Part shown: positions 37,225 through 51,420 of the stretch, piece by piece
Layout of the letters: the number at the start of each line of letters is the position of its first letter
Position numbering within the stretch: position 1 is the first letter of the stretch
Assembly (NCBI RefSeq): GCF_009914755.1
Contig: NC_060934.1
Direction: 5' to 3' (one strand)
Source: the human T2T-CHM13v2.0 reference genome, Homo sapiens
Length of the DNA stretch: 64,000 nt
Notes under the pieces: generated by a model
Told to the model about the DNA's origin: nothing
Seen by the model: the letters and a program-made list of their open reading frames with translations, nothing else
Database searches by the model: none
Translations under genes and position numbers: made by a program

Positions 37225-38089
37225 ATTATTAGTCAGAGTTCCCTAGAGAAACAGAGCCAATAGGATATAAATAGATATGTAACAGGAGATGTCTTATGTG
37301 AGTTGACAGAAGCAGTTTTGGAAATGGAAAAGTCCCCCAGTCTGCCTTCTGCAAGCCAGAGGCCCAGGAAAGCCAAACTGTCATCCAGCCTCTGTCCAGA
37401 TGCCTGAGAGCCAGGAGAGCTCACGGCATGACTCCCAGTCCTATTCCCGAGGCCTGAGGACTGGGAGCTTAGGTGTCCCAGGGCAGGAGAAGGTGCGTCA
37501 GCTCCAGAGGAGAGAGAGAATTCCCCTTTTCCACATGTTTGTTTGACTCAGGCCCTCAGTGGATTGGATGCTGCCCACCTGCTGGGTGGATCTGCTCTCC
37601 CAGCCTACGGGTTCAGATGCTCATCTCATCTGAAGACAGCTGCTGTCTACCCAGCCTAAGGGTTCAAATGCTCATCTCATCTGGAGACAGCTGATTTATA
37701 CCCAGACTATGGGTTCCAGTGCTCATCTTGTCTGCAGGCACCTGCCCTCTACCCAGCCTATGGGTTCAAATACTCATCTCATCTGGAGACAGCTGCTCTC
37801 TACCCAGCCTATGAGTTCAAACACTCATCTCATCTGGAGGCACCTGCTCTCTACCCAGCCCTATGGGTTCAAACACTCATCTCATCTGGAGGCACCCGCT
37901 CTCTACCCAGCCTACGAGTTCAAACGCTCATCTCATCTGGAGACAAATGCTCTCTACCTAGCCTATGGGTTCAAATTCTCATCTCATTCATCTGGAGACA
38001 CCTGCACAGACACACCCAGAACAATGAGTCACCAGCTATCTTGGTGTCTCTTAGCCCAGTCAATTTGACACATACAATCAACCATCATA
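37225..38089 (-). mobile_element. MLT2 (ERVL) solo LTR with internal tandem expansion
   Basis: TATTAGTCAGAGTTCCCTAGAGAAACAGAGCCAATAGGATA...CCCAGTCAATTTGACACATACAATCAACCATCATA termini. Confidence 0.88.
37592..38003. repeat. 51-bp minisatellite, 8 copies, inside the MLT2 LTR
   Basis: CAGCCT register at 37601, 37652, 37703, 37754, 37805, 37856, 37908, 37959. Confidence 0.95.
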
Positions 38090-38378
38090 ACGAGATATTT
38101 TTAAACATTAAAATGTGATGGTGTAAAGGCATGTCCAGAGAAGATCCATTAGGAAGGGCAGGAGACCCCAGGGCATCCCATACATGCACACATCACACTG
38201 AGAACTGAAAAAAAAATGTGTGTGGATTATTTTGCCCAGATAAGAGAAGGTGTGGATGCCAGAACAGCTACTGTACATGGACTACATCGTGAGTTATCAA
38301 TAGATTTTATTTCCATGGTTTCACAGGAGCTGGGTACTCTATAGTCAGCACATACAAGCCCACAGCAATAAAAGCTGT

Positions 38379-38587
38379 TGAATACACACAGCATACTCTA
38401 AATGTGAGGTGTGGCCCTTTGAATACACACAGCATACTCTAAATGTGAGGTGTGGCCCTTTGAATACACACAGCATACTCCAAATGTGAGGTGTGGCCCT
38501 TTGAATACACACAACATACTCTAAATGTGAGGTGTGGCCCTTTGAATACACACAGCATACTCCAAATGTGAGGTGTGGCCCTTTGAA
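38379..38587. repeat. 41-bp minisatellite, 5 near-identical copies
   Basis: TGAATACACACAGCATACTC[T/C]AAATGTGAGGTGTGGCCCTT at 38379, 38420, 38461, 38502, 38543. Confidence 0.97.
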
Positions 38588-39960
38588 AACTTTGCAGAGA
38601 TGGAAGGTCCTTGTAGATGGGATTTAAGGATTGACTTAGTCATCAGGACACATGGAATTGGTCATTACTCTTTCAATCCGTTTTAACCCTGAAAGATGCC
38701 CATTTGAAGCATCTTAAACGTAACTGCATACAAAGGGATCTTCATTGCTCCACCAGTGGTCTCAAGGCTGTGGCCACCATCGCGCTGGACGACCTGCTTC
38801 TAAGATTAGGTCAATGTTGAGTACTCTATTTGGAGCACACGATAATTTTAAACACATGTGAAAATGTACTTTGACCATTAGTGGGAGTTCATTTACACAT
38901 ATTTGGATGATTAGAGAAATCATTATTCACCAAGTTCCAACTTCTGAGAGTTCCCTGTTCCAAGCCTAAATCATGAAGTGAAACCAAATTGCAATATTAT
39001 TTTCTTTAACTTTTAGTTACTTGTAAATGGAATTTTAAAAACCCTAAACATCTGTTCGAGTTATATATGTGAATTATACTTATCTCACATGGCAGTAAAG
39101 TAAAAATCATCAGTCAAGTCTCAGGGTACTTCTCTCCATTCCAAAAGCAGGAGAAATTTTAATTGATTTCCATTGTGCCTCTGACGTGAAACAAAGAATT
39201 AAAATTCCGAGGCTTTAGAATAAAACTACAAACAGTGTCAAAACATAACAAAACATTGTCAAAGCAAACCTATGGAGACGTATTAAGATGTCAAAATTAG
39301 AATGATGTCATTGTAAATTACAGTAGCACTTTTAAAAATGAAGCTTGAAGACCTCTATTTATGTGAGTGTACGTTGCCACTCATCTCAAACTAATCGCTC
39401 ACCCCAGATGTGTAGGAGGTGTGATAAATGTTCCAAAGCGCAGAAAATACATATTCCAAAAATAGTTTGGGCATTTTAAAAGTGAGCTAGAAGATTTCTG
39501 TGAGTTTTGATTGTTACTTGGAATCAACATTACTCTTTTTCTTACTTGAAATCAACTTTATTCTTCCAAGTGGCATCCTGTTTTTTCTTAGCCTACATAT
39601 GTGCTCTGTACATTATGCTACTAAGCATTGTAAATATATGGATTTTTGTATTCTCACACCCTGTACACAGCGTGGAATGAAGAGTGAGATCAGAGCGAAT
39701 TGCTTATTAAGGAAATAAACTAGTCCATGGAGTCATTGTCTGCATCGTTCTTCCTTTTTCGAAGGAAAGGGTCTCTTTTGCAGCTTAGAGGCTTCCTCAG
39801 CTTATAGAAGGTTGAGGAGAGGCTCCTCCTTTCATTTTAAACTGGCTTTTTCTTAGACCAGGTGCATCCCTCTGTTTAAGATAGCAATTTTCTCTCCACT
39901 AAAAATTCCTACAAGACCCTTTGTCCAGGAGAGAGGGCACACAGTCCCAGCTTTCACCTT

Positions 39961-40254
39961 TCTTTTTTTTTTTTGAGATGGAGTCTTGCTCTGTCACCCA
40001 GGCTGGAGTGCAGTGGCATGATCTCAGCTCACTGCAACCTCTGCCTCCTGGGTTCAAGTGAGTCTCCCTCCTAAGCCTCCCAAGTAGCTGGGATTACAGA
40101 CACGTGCCATCATGCCTATCTAATTTTTGTATTTTTAGTAGAGATGGGGTTTCACCACGTTGGCCAGGCTGGTCTCAAACTCCTGATCTCAGGTGATCTG
40201 CCCGCCTCGGCCTCCCAAAGTGCTGGGATTACAGGCATGGAACACAGAGCCCCA
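39961..40254 (-). mobile_element. AluSx-like
   Basis: Full dimer; TSD CCCAGCTTTCACCTT at 39946-39960 and 40255-40269. Confidence 0.95.
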
Positions 40255-41331
40255 CCCAGCTTTCACCTTGTTAAGGTTGCCACAAAGGTCTTAGAGCTGT
40301 TCTGGGATCTCTGTCTAAATACCAACGCCATATGCCCTGGGGGAGTTCTGGATTTGATCTTTGCCTTCATGTTATTTCTAACATTGAGAGCCTCATACAA
40401 GCTAAGAAGAATGGAAATGAGGAAAAAAAAATAGTTTTTATGCCCAGAAGTCTTGCATTGAAACTGTTTTTCTCTAATTCTGCCTGGAAAGTGAACTGTA
40501 GCATCTTTGAGACATTTTCTCCTCCTGTGCTTCCTCCTAAGAAGCTAAGAGGAACCAGCTGTCACTTTCAACATTTGGCCTGGATGTCTCCTTGGCACAA
40601 TCCAAGGGCGCTTAAGTCAGCTCTGCCTTCCCCACGGCCACATGTGAGCGTGCTGGCAGCAGGGGTTGGCTCTCTCCACCTTCCCAGGACCCCTTCTGGC
40701 TGCTCTTCCTGAATCTTCTAGCACTCTTGCTTCTACCCCTTCAGAACTCTGCCTGGCCCCAAACCCAGGCTCATGGGACAGGTAAGGTGTTTGTTGCTGC
40801 AGCTACTCTGTCTGACACCCACTGATGGGGGGTGCAGAACAGTCATGAGTGTTGGAAAGTGCAGGATTATTACAGCAATTAGACCTCAGATGATGGTGGG
40901 AGGGCTTGGGGAAACAAGGTTTGGCTATAGACATCATAGGTCAAAGGAGACTCACCCGTCAGTCTTCCTGAGTCACGGACAGGCATGCAGGGTTCATTTG
41001 GAGCTTGTGAAAATCTGGGAAGCCAGGCCACGGCTACGTGGGGTGCAGGCAGTGGAGAGAATGGAGCCTATGGCTGGTTGTTGGTAAACTGGTCTTGAGT
41101 TCAGAAAAGAGCTGAGGGCTGAGCAGAGTGGACCCTAGACCGACCAGAGCTCTGTGTTCATCTCTTACAGACTCCCATCACGGTAGCTGCCGGAGATGCC
41201 TTCACCTCTGCTGCGGCCAGTCCTAAACCAGAATCCCACAGGGAAAGGGTTCCAGGAGACCCGATTGCCTGTTCCGGTTAATACACCACAAAATCACCAC
41301 AACAACTTAAAAATGTACATTGAAGTGTTAA

Positions 41332-42572
41332 AAATGGTGCTGGGAAAACTGGCTAGCCATATGCAGAAAGCTGAAACTGGATCCCTTCCTTACACCTTAT
41401 ACAAAAATTAATTCAAGATGGATTAAAGACTTACATGTTAGACCTAAAACCATAAAAACCCTAGAAGAAAACCTAGGCAATACCATTCAGGACATAGGCA
41501 TGGGCAAGGACTTCATGTCTAAAACACCAAAAGCAATGGCATCAAAAGCCAAAATTGACAAATGGGATCTAATTAAACTAAAGAGCTTCTGCACAGCAAA
41601 AGAAACTACCATCAGAGTGAAGAGGCACCCTACAGAATGGGAAAAAAATTTTGCAATCTACTCATCTGACAAAGGGCTAATATCCAGAATCTACAAAGAA
41701 TTCAAACAAATTTACAAGAAAACAAACGAACAACCCCATCAAAAAGTGGGCAAAGGATATGAACAGATGCTTCTCAAAAGAAGACATTTGTGCAGCCAAC
41801 AGACACATGAAAAAATGCTCATCATCACTGGCCATCAGAGAAATGCAAATCAAAACCACAATGAGATACCATCTCACACCAGTTAGAATGGTGATCATTA
41901 AAAAGTCAGGAAACAACAAGTGCTGGAGAGGATGTGGAGAAATAGGAACACTTTTACACTGTTGGTGGGACTGTAAACTAGTTCAACCATTGTGGAAGTC
42001 AGTGTGGTGATTCCTCAGGGATGTAGAACTGGAAATACCATTTGACCCAGCCATCCCATTACTGGGTATATACCCAAAGGATTATAAATCATGCTTCTAT
42101 AAAGACACATGCACACATATGTTTATTGCAGCACTATTCACAAAAGCAAAGACTTGGAATCAACCCAAATGTCCAACAATGATAGACTGGATTAAGAAAA
42201 TGTGGCACATATACACCATAGAATACTATGCAGCCATAAAAAATGATGAGTTCATGTCCTTTGTAGGGACATGGATGAAGCTGGAAACCATCATTCTCAG
42301 CAAACTATCACAAGGACAAAAAACCAAACACTGCATGTTCTCACTCATAGGTGGGAATTGAACAATGAGAACACTTGGACACAGGAAGGGGAACATCACA
42401 CACCGGGGCCTGTTGTGGGGTGGCGGGGTGGGGGAGGGATAGCCTTAGGAGATATACCTAATGTAAATGATGAGTTAATGGGTGCAGCACACCAACATGA
42501 CACATGCATACATATGTAACAAACCTGCACGTTGTGCACATGTACCCTAGAACTTAAATTAAAAAAAAAAAA
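41332..42572 (+). mobile_element. 5'-truncated L1PA (PA4-like), ~1.24 kb
   Basis: Frameshifted ORF2 C-terminus ([20 protein letters not shown]); 3' UTR with CCTAATGTAAATG and ACCCTAGAACTTAAA; poly(A). Confidence 0.95.
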
Positions 42573-44419
42573 TATATATATAAACTACACCTGCTCAATG
42601 GACTCCCTGGAGTCTAAATTAGATATTTATCCTACAGAAATAACCAGGAAGGTGCAGAGACATATTCAGGGCTGACAAAGTCATCATTATTCACAATAGA
42701 CCAAAAAGAGAGGCAGTATCATTGTCCAAGAATTGCAAATTTTCTAGTTAAAATTTAATACTTTCAAATTATATGATGAAAGAATGTAGCCCTATTTTTA
42801 TAAAATGCAATTTTTGTTATACCTTTAAATGAGTATGGGGTAATATTCACCAAATGTCTGTGCATTAAAATGATAAATTTATTTTATTTTTTCTGCTGTA
42901 TTTCTATTATACCTGTTACTTTCATATTACAAAATATTGAGAAAATAATAAAAAGAATAGCAATGAATTAAAGATTAAACCATTCAGTAATGTACTTAAA
43001 ATTTTATTGTAATTCTCAATATTATCTGATATAATAAACTTAACAACAATTGTTTAACAAAACTTGATATCTCATCCCTTTTGGTATTTACTCAAAAATC
43101 TATTGAAAGGCATATTCTATTTTTACTCCTGACCACAGTGTCTTGATTCTATGACGTATACTCCCAAGTCAGAGTATGAGCCATTGTGTATCTTTTGAGC
43201 TGATGGATGTCAGATAACATATATTAACTTTATTTGGAACAATTTACCAAAGACAAATACATCATCATATGTCTGGGTATCACTGTGAATAAAGCACAAA
43301 TGGCTTACATTTTTAGCTGAATAAATTAGATGAGAGATCTCTTTTAAGTGAATTTGCACTTGAATAATTTTGTAAAAGTCCAAACACAGTATCATTCAGT
43401 AGGGAATTTTGCTGATAAGGTAATGAATTAGTTTACTTACTGAATGTTTCAAAGAGTCAAATAGAGAAACTTAGACATTTACTGCTTTGCAGAAAGATAT
43501 GAACATTTAAATACAGACTTATAATTACTAGTTGATCAACCTGATCAGAGGCCAACACTGAAGCCTGATATTGTAATAAGATGCAAAATAAAAAGAAATG
43601 AGAATTGAGCATCTGCAGCTATAATTCCATTTTAGTCCATTTGCTTAATGCATTTTGTTATTATTGAAACAACAGATTGTAGCTAGATTTAGCCTCAGTA
43701 TCATTATGTAATGTAGCATAGCATGCTGTGAGAGTGATAGAAACTACACTCTCATAAGCTAGATCTTTTAACACATAACTCATGCTAGAAAGGCATGAAA
43801 AACAAGAAAAAAATCAAAGTCAGATACTTATCAAATTGGGATTTTAGTCCTGAAAAACAGCTGTTATCAAAACGTATTGCTTTCCTATCAGATCAGTATA
43901 GTCTAATTATGATTATAAATGTGTGTTTTGTTCATTGTTCAAAAAAGCAGCTAGACTTACTGAAGCTTTGTACTTTAGCTTCTGTTTTTAAAATAGCCTC
44001 AATTTTTTACAGCAGTGTTAGGTTCACAGAATAATTGAAAGTACAGGGAGCTCTGACATACACCCTTCCCAGCTATACACACACACACCCCCTCACCATC
44101 AACATCTCCCTCCAGAAAGTTACAGTTGTGACAATCCTTGAAACAATAATGATGCAGCATCATCACCTAAAGTCCATAGTTTACATCAGGGTTTAATCCT
44201 GATGTTGTATATTCTATGTGTTTGAACAAATGTATAACGACATGTATTTGTCATTGCAGTATCATAAAAAGTTGTTTCACTGCCCTGAAAAATCCTATAT
44301 TCCACCTATGCATTCCTCCCTCCCTCAGCCTCGGGCAACCACTGACCTTTCTCTTGTCTCTATAGTTTTGCCTTTTCCAGAATGTCTTAGAGTTGGAATC
44401 ACACAATTTGCAGCCCTCC

Positions 44420-44581
44420 AGACTGGCTTCTTTCACTTAGCAATGTGCATTTTAGTTTCCTCCATCTCTTCTCAGGGCTTCATAACTCCTTTCTTTTTGG
44501 TGAGACTGGCTTCTTTCACTTAGCAATGTGCATTTAAGATTCCTTCATCTCTTCTCAGGGCTTCATAACTCCTTTCTTTTT
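44420..44581. repeat. 83-bp tandem duplication within L1MC
   Basis: AGACTGGCTTCTTTCACTTAGCAATGTGCATTT at 44420 and 44503. Confidence 0.93.
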
Positions 44582-45305
44582 AGCCCAGATTCCATAGCTC
44601 ATTGTATGGACACAGCAGAGCTTGTTCAGCCATTTACCAAGTGAAGCATCTCCTACTTGATAACAGCCTTTGGCAATGACAAATAAAGCTGTTATAAGCA
44701 TCTTTTGTACAGGTTTTTCTGTAAATTATAAGTTTTCAACTCATTTGGACAAATAGTGAAGAGTGTATGGAATGCATGGCTAGAGTATGTTTAGTTTTGC
44801 AGGAAACTGCTGAACTGTCTTCCTCAGTGGCTATACTATTTTTCATTTCCAGCAACAATGAATGACAGTTCTTGTTATACCACATCCTTGTCAGCATTTG
44901 GTTTTGTCAGTATTTTGGGCTTTCCTCATTCTAATATACACATAATGATGTCTCGTTTGAATTTGTAATTCCCTCATGACTTAGATGTGGAACGTCTTTA
45001 CATATGCTGGTCATTTGTATATCACATGTGCTGCAGGGTCTGTTGAGATGTTTTGCCCATTTTAAAATTGGGTGTTCATTTTCTTATTGTTGAGATTTAA
45101 GGTTCTGTTTATAGTTTTGATAAGTCTTTTTATCAGATATGTGATTTGCAAACACCTTCTCTCAATTTGTGGCTTCTCTTCACATTCTCTAGACAGTGCC
45201 TTTCTCAAATCAGAAGTTTTTAATTTCAACTAAATCCAGTTTATGTGACTTTTTTTCCTTCCTGAATGTTCCTTTAGTGTTGTTCTATTAGAAAAGTCAT
45301 CACCT

Positions 45306-45598
45306 GGCCGGGCACGGTGGCTCATGCCTGTAACCCCAATACTTTGAGAGGCTGAGGTGGGTGGATCACAAGGTCAGGAGTTCAAGACCAGCCTGGCCAA
45401 GATGGTAAAACCCCATCTGTACTAAAAATACAAAAAATTAGCTGGGCGTGGTGATGGCCACATATAATCCCAGGTGCTTGGGAGGCTGAGACAAAGAATT
45501 GCTTGAACCCAGGAGGTGGAGGTTGCAGTGAGCCTAGATCATGCCACTGCACTCCAGTCTGTGCAACAGAGCGAGACTCCGTCTCAAAAAAAAAAAAA
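45306..45598 (+). mobile_element. AluSg-like
   Basis: GGATCACAAGGTCAGGAGTTCAAGACCAGCCTGGCCAAGATGG; poly(A). Confidence 0.92.
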
Positions 45599-47793
45599 GT
45601 CACCAAACCCAAAGTCATTTGGATTTTCTCTTATGTTATCTTCCAGGAGTTTTACATTTTTGTGTTTTACATTTAGACTTACAGTCTGTTCTGACTTAAT
45701 TTATGTGGTGGTATTAAATCTATGTCTAGATTCATATTTTTGAATGTTGATGCTCACTTTTCCTGGCACCATTTGTTGAAAAGACTACCCTTGCTCTCTT
45801 GAATTTTCTTGCTATCTCTTCAACATTCGTTGACTACATTTGTGTGAATTGATTTGTGGGCTCTCTGTTCTGTTCTATGGTTTTATCCATCTCTTCTTTT
45901 GCCAGTATAGCACCATCTTGATTGCTGAAGCTTTACAGTTTGCCTTGAAGTTTAATGGTATCAGTTCTCTGACTTTGTTCCTCTTTTTCAATATTGTGTT
46001 GCCAATTCTGGATCTTTGCTCCTCCATGTAAACTTTAGAATTAGCTTGTTGACATCCACTTTCTGAGATTTTGATTGGGATTGCGTTGAATCTATAGACC
46101 AAGATAGGAGGAACTAACATCTTAACAATATTGAGTCTTCCTATCCATGCACCTAAAACACCACTTCCATTCATTTAGTACTTTTTGATTTTTGTCACAG
46201 TTTTATAATTTTCCTTATATAGATCTTAGACATACTTTGTTGGATTTATACCTAAGTATTTCATTTTGGGAGGTGTTAATATAAATAGCATTGTGTTTTT
46301 AATTTTACATTCTGCTTGTTCATTGCACATATATAGGAAAATGATTGGCTTTTGTATATTAACCTGTATCTTGCAGCTTTGTTTGTTCCATGATGTTTTT
46401 TTCTTAATTCTTTGTGATTTTCTACGTGGACAATTATGTCATTTGTGAAAAAAGGCAGTTTCATTTTTTCCTTCTCAATCTGGGATACCTTTCATTTCTT
46501 TTTGCTTTTTTTGTTTGTTTGTGTGTTTTTCTGTTTTTTTCTTTTGCTTTGCCGCATTAGGACTTCCTAAATAATGTAGAAAAAATGATGAGAGAGAGCA
46601 TCTTTGCCTTGTTTCTGAACTTCACAGAAAAAATGTCTAGTTTCTCACCATTATGTGTGAGTTAGTTACAGGTTTTTTGCAGATATTCTTTATCACATTT
46701 AGGAAGTTTTTCTCTGCTTTTCATTAACTGCACTTTTTTTTCATGAATGGATATTGGGTTTTATCAAATGGGTTTTTTGACCTATTGATATGACCACCTA
46801 ATTTTTCTTTTTTAACCTGTTGATGTGATGGATTAGATTAGTTTTTGAATATTGAGGATGAATTGCATACCTACAATAAACTCCACTTAGTTGTTGTGTG
46901 TAATTGTCTTTATACTAATATAAAATTTAGTGTTTTATGCTCGTTTGTTAATATCCTGTTAAGAATTTTTACATCTATGCTCATAAGAGATATTTGTCAG
47001 TAGTTTTCTTTTTTTGTAACGTCTTTGTCCACTTTTTGTATTAGACTAATGCTGTCCTCACAGAATGAGTTAAAATGTACTTCCTCTGCTTCTAGCCTCT
47101 AAAGAACATTGTACAGAATTGGAATAATTTGTTCTTTACATGTTTAGTAGAATTCACCATGAACCCGTCTGGGCCTGAAGCTTTCCTTTTGGGTAGGATG
47201 CTTATTATTGTGTCAATCTCTTTAATAGATACTATTTAGATTGTGTTTAATATATTTAGATTGTCCATTTTTTTCTTGTGTGAGTTTTAGAAGATTATGT
47301 CTTTCAATCAGTTGGTCCAAATTTTATCGAAGTTATCAAATTTGTGTGCATAGAGTTTTTAAAAAAATATTCCTTTATGATATATTTAATAATAATGGGA
47401 ATAGCATATTGGTACATATTTAATTTATGATATTAGTAATTTGTATCTTCTCTCCTTTTTTAAAGATAACCTAGCTAGAGGTTAATCAATTTTGTTTATC
47501 ATTTTGGAGACAAATTTTGGTTTTGTTGATTTGCTTAATGCTTTCAATATCATTGATTTTTAATTTCATTTTTATTATTTTCTTCTTTTTCTGTATTTAA
47601 ATTGCTCTACTTTTTATGTTTTTTTAAATGGAAGTTTAGACTAATTTTAGATATTTTTTCCAATACATGCATTTAATACTATACATTTCTCTCTAAGCAT
47701 TACTTTTGCTGCATCTTACAAATTTTGATAGGTTTTATCTTCATTTTCATTTAGTCCAAATATTTTTAGTTTCTTTTGAGACTTCCTGTTTAA

Positions 47794-48177
<384 letters not shown>

Positions 48178-48812
48178 TAGGGGATTTTCCAGCTTTCTAT
48201 GATAGATTTCTCATTTAATAGTTTGGTTTTTGAGAGAATACATTTTGTAATTTTTATTGATTTGAAATTTTAAGGAGTGTTGTATAACCTAAAAGGTGAT
48301 TAATCTTGGTAAATGATCCATGTGAACCTGAGAACAATGTGTATTCTGTTCTTATTGGGTGAAATATTCTGTAAATGTCAAGTAGGTCAAGTTGATTGAT
48401 CATGCTGTTCAGCTTAAGTATGTCATTACTAATTTTTGGCCCCCTGAATTGATGTATCTATTACTGATAGATAGATGTTGAATTCTTCAACTAAAATTGT
48501 GGATCCATCTATTTCTCCTTGAGATTCTATCTGATTTTTTTCTCACATATTTCACCCATTTTTTCAGTCGTTTTTTCTCTGCTTTTCAGTTTTGGAAGTT
48601 TGTATTGACATTTCTTCAAGTCACTGATTCTATTCTCAGTCATGTCTAATCTACTACTGAGCCCATAAAAGATAGTCTTCATTTCTATTGCCATGTTTTT
48701 CTTTCTAACATTGCATCTTTTACTTTTTCTTATAATTTCCATCTGTGTGCCTACATTGACCATCTGTTCTCACATTGCAACTACTTTTTCCATTAGAAAT
48801 TTCAGCATTTTA

Positions 48813-49116
<304 letters not shown>

Positions 49117-50978
49117 TCAGCATTTTAATCATTTTAAATTCCCAGTCTGATAATTCCACCATTCCTGCCACATCTGAGATTGGTTCTGATACTCTTTCTT
49201 CTAACTATGCTTTTTGCCTTTTAGTATGCCTTGTAATTTTTTGTTGAAAGCTGGATATGGTGGACTGGATAAAAGAAAGTGCTGCAGGTGCTTAGTGACA
49301 TGGTAGTGAAGTGTGAGTGTTGAGACAGAAGAGCTCAATGGACCCATGATTAGGTTTTAGTCTTTCAGTGAGCTGGTGCCCCTGAGATGGGATCTTTACA
49401 GAGGCTTCCTCTCCCCCTCACCCTAAGGTGTGATAGGAAGGGTTGGGGGAATGGAGTAAGGAGTGGCCCTCTGCCCAGGTGATAAGGCTTTCATAGAATC
49501 CCAATAGGCCAGGCTAAAATAGTTTATCCTGGGGGCGACCATGTTAAGAAGCTGCTCTGGCTTATTCCAAAATGGCTACTTTCCCCTCTCCCTGCTAGAA
49601 ACATGAGGGAATTTTTTTTTCCAATCTTCAACCTGAACATGGTAGAACTCCTGGAAGAAAAATTCATGAAAGTGCAGGCTCCCTTCTTTTTCTGGAGTCT
49701 GATTTCTTTCTTTTTTTTTCCTTTTAGATCTGTCCCCACTGAGCTTCCAGCAATTTATCAGTTACAGTTTAAACTTTCCTCCCTAAGCCCCATGGAGATT
49801 TCTGCTCTTGGACTTCTGCTCCAATAACTTTGGATTCCCTGTATCTACCTGTCTCTTTCTCCAATTGTGGGGGCAGCCATTTGCACTGTGACCTCAGTTC
49901 TCTGACAGATCTAAGAAGAGTTATTAATTTTCAGCTTGTCCAGCTCTTTTCTTGCTGTGAGGATGGGAGGGATGACTTCCCATTTCCTCACATGCTGGAA
50001 GGGAACCCAGAAGTCTCCTGGTTTTCTTTTCCACACATGAAAATCAGATGTCTAAAATGCTGGAAAGTATGACAAACATATTGTTTGGGTAGCATAGATG
50101 GTAGACAAGGAGCTCTGAAAAATGAATGAAACTCAGGAGATGTCATTTTATATGTAACTTTCTGCAGGATATTTGCTTAGTCATTCAAAATATTTGCATC
50201 TCAGTTTCCCTTTCTTTCAAATAAATACTTAATAGATTTGTTTGAGATATTATTTGGGATAGAGTAAAAAATAATAATGATTGTGATAATTGCAATAACA
50301 GAAAGGAAATTATGAATAAAAAATTAAATGGGAATAATTAGATTTTCCCAAATAAACTACTACTTGTAATAATGAGTGGCCTCTCCTCTGAAAGCAAGGT
50401 CAAGATGGCTTTTGCTACAGGTAGAATAATGCTTGACTAATAGGGACATAAGTGACAAGATTACTCATAATTTACTTAAGAAGTTTGGATGTGGGCACAC
50501 AAACACTTTTCTCTTGCAAGTTTAATACGTTTGAGTTTACTATTCACTCACACAAAATCTCCTGTAGGTCCAGTGGTTCTCCTCAGTAATGCCTTTCTAA
50601 ACTGTAACTCAGAATTCAGACTATGCCCATTTTTGTCTCAGAGATCTAAATAGATAACACTAGGGTATGCTGTAACTATGGAAGAAGAGCCAGACTGTGC
50701 ACTGGATGCCTTTATCTTAGGAATGGCACTCATCTTTTCTGCTCTAAGAGCAGTTCAAACATGTGGTCTTGCTTAACTGCACAGACTGAAAAATTTGGTG
50801 ATATTAATATTTCTACATGACTATTCTAAGATTAATAAATAATAAGGGAAGAGGGGAGACTACAATGATTTGACAAATGCAGTATAATTTTTCATTGGGG
50901 CTAGAGTTATTACAAAACAGGGGAGTAGCAATAAAGGTGTGGGACTGTCTGTACAGATTTGCCTTTAGTACCAGCAAT

Positions 50979-51420
50979 AATGATGATGATGATGATGATG
51001 CTGGTGGTGGTGATTGTGAAGATAAGGATAATGAGGTTGTATCATCATAATTATGGTGGTGATGATGATGGTATTGATGATGATGGTGACATGATATTGA
51101 TGGGGATAGTGATGATGAGGGTGATGACGATGGTGTTGGTGATGATGATGGTGATGAGGATGATAGTGAATGATGGTTATGTGATGATGAGAATGATGAT
51201 GGTGATGATATTATGGTGATGTGATTATGATGATAGTCATGGTGATGATGATGTTGATGGTGATGAGGATGATGAGGGTGATGGTGACAGTGATGATGGT
51301 GATGATGATGGTAATGATGTTGATGGTGACAGTGATGATGGTGGTGATGATGGTGATAGTGATGAAGATGATGATGATAATGGTAATGATGATGGTGGTG
51401 ATGATGATAATCACTATGGT
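50979..51420. repeat. Degenerate (GAT/GGT)n trinucleotide tract
   Basis: Direct inspection; explains the Met/Val/Ile-rich ORFs. Confidence 0.95.

Noticed and set aside
41500-42361. ORFs with L1 ORF2 C-terminal homology
   Set aside because: 5'-truncated, frameshifted L1 copy; not a functional CDS
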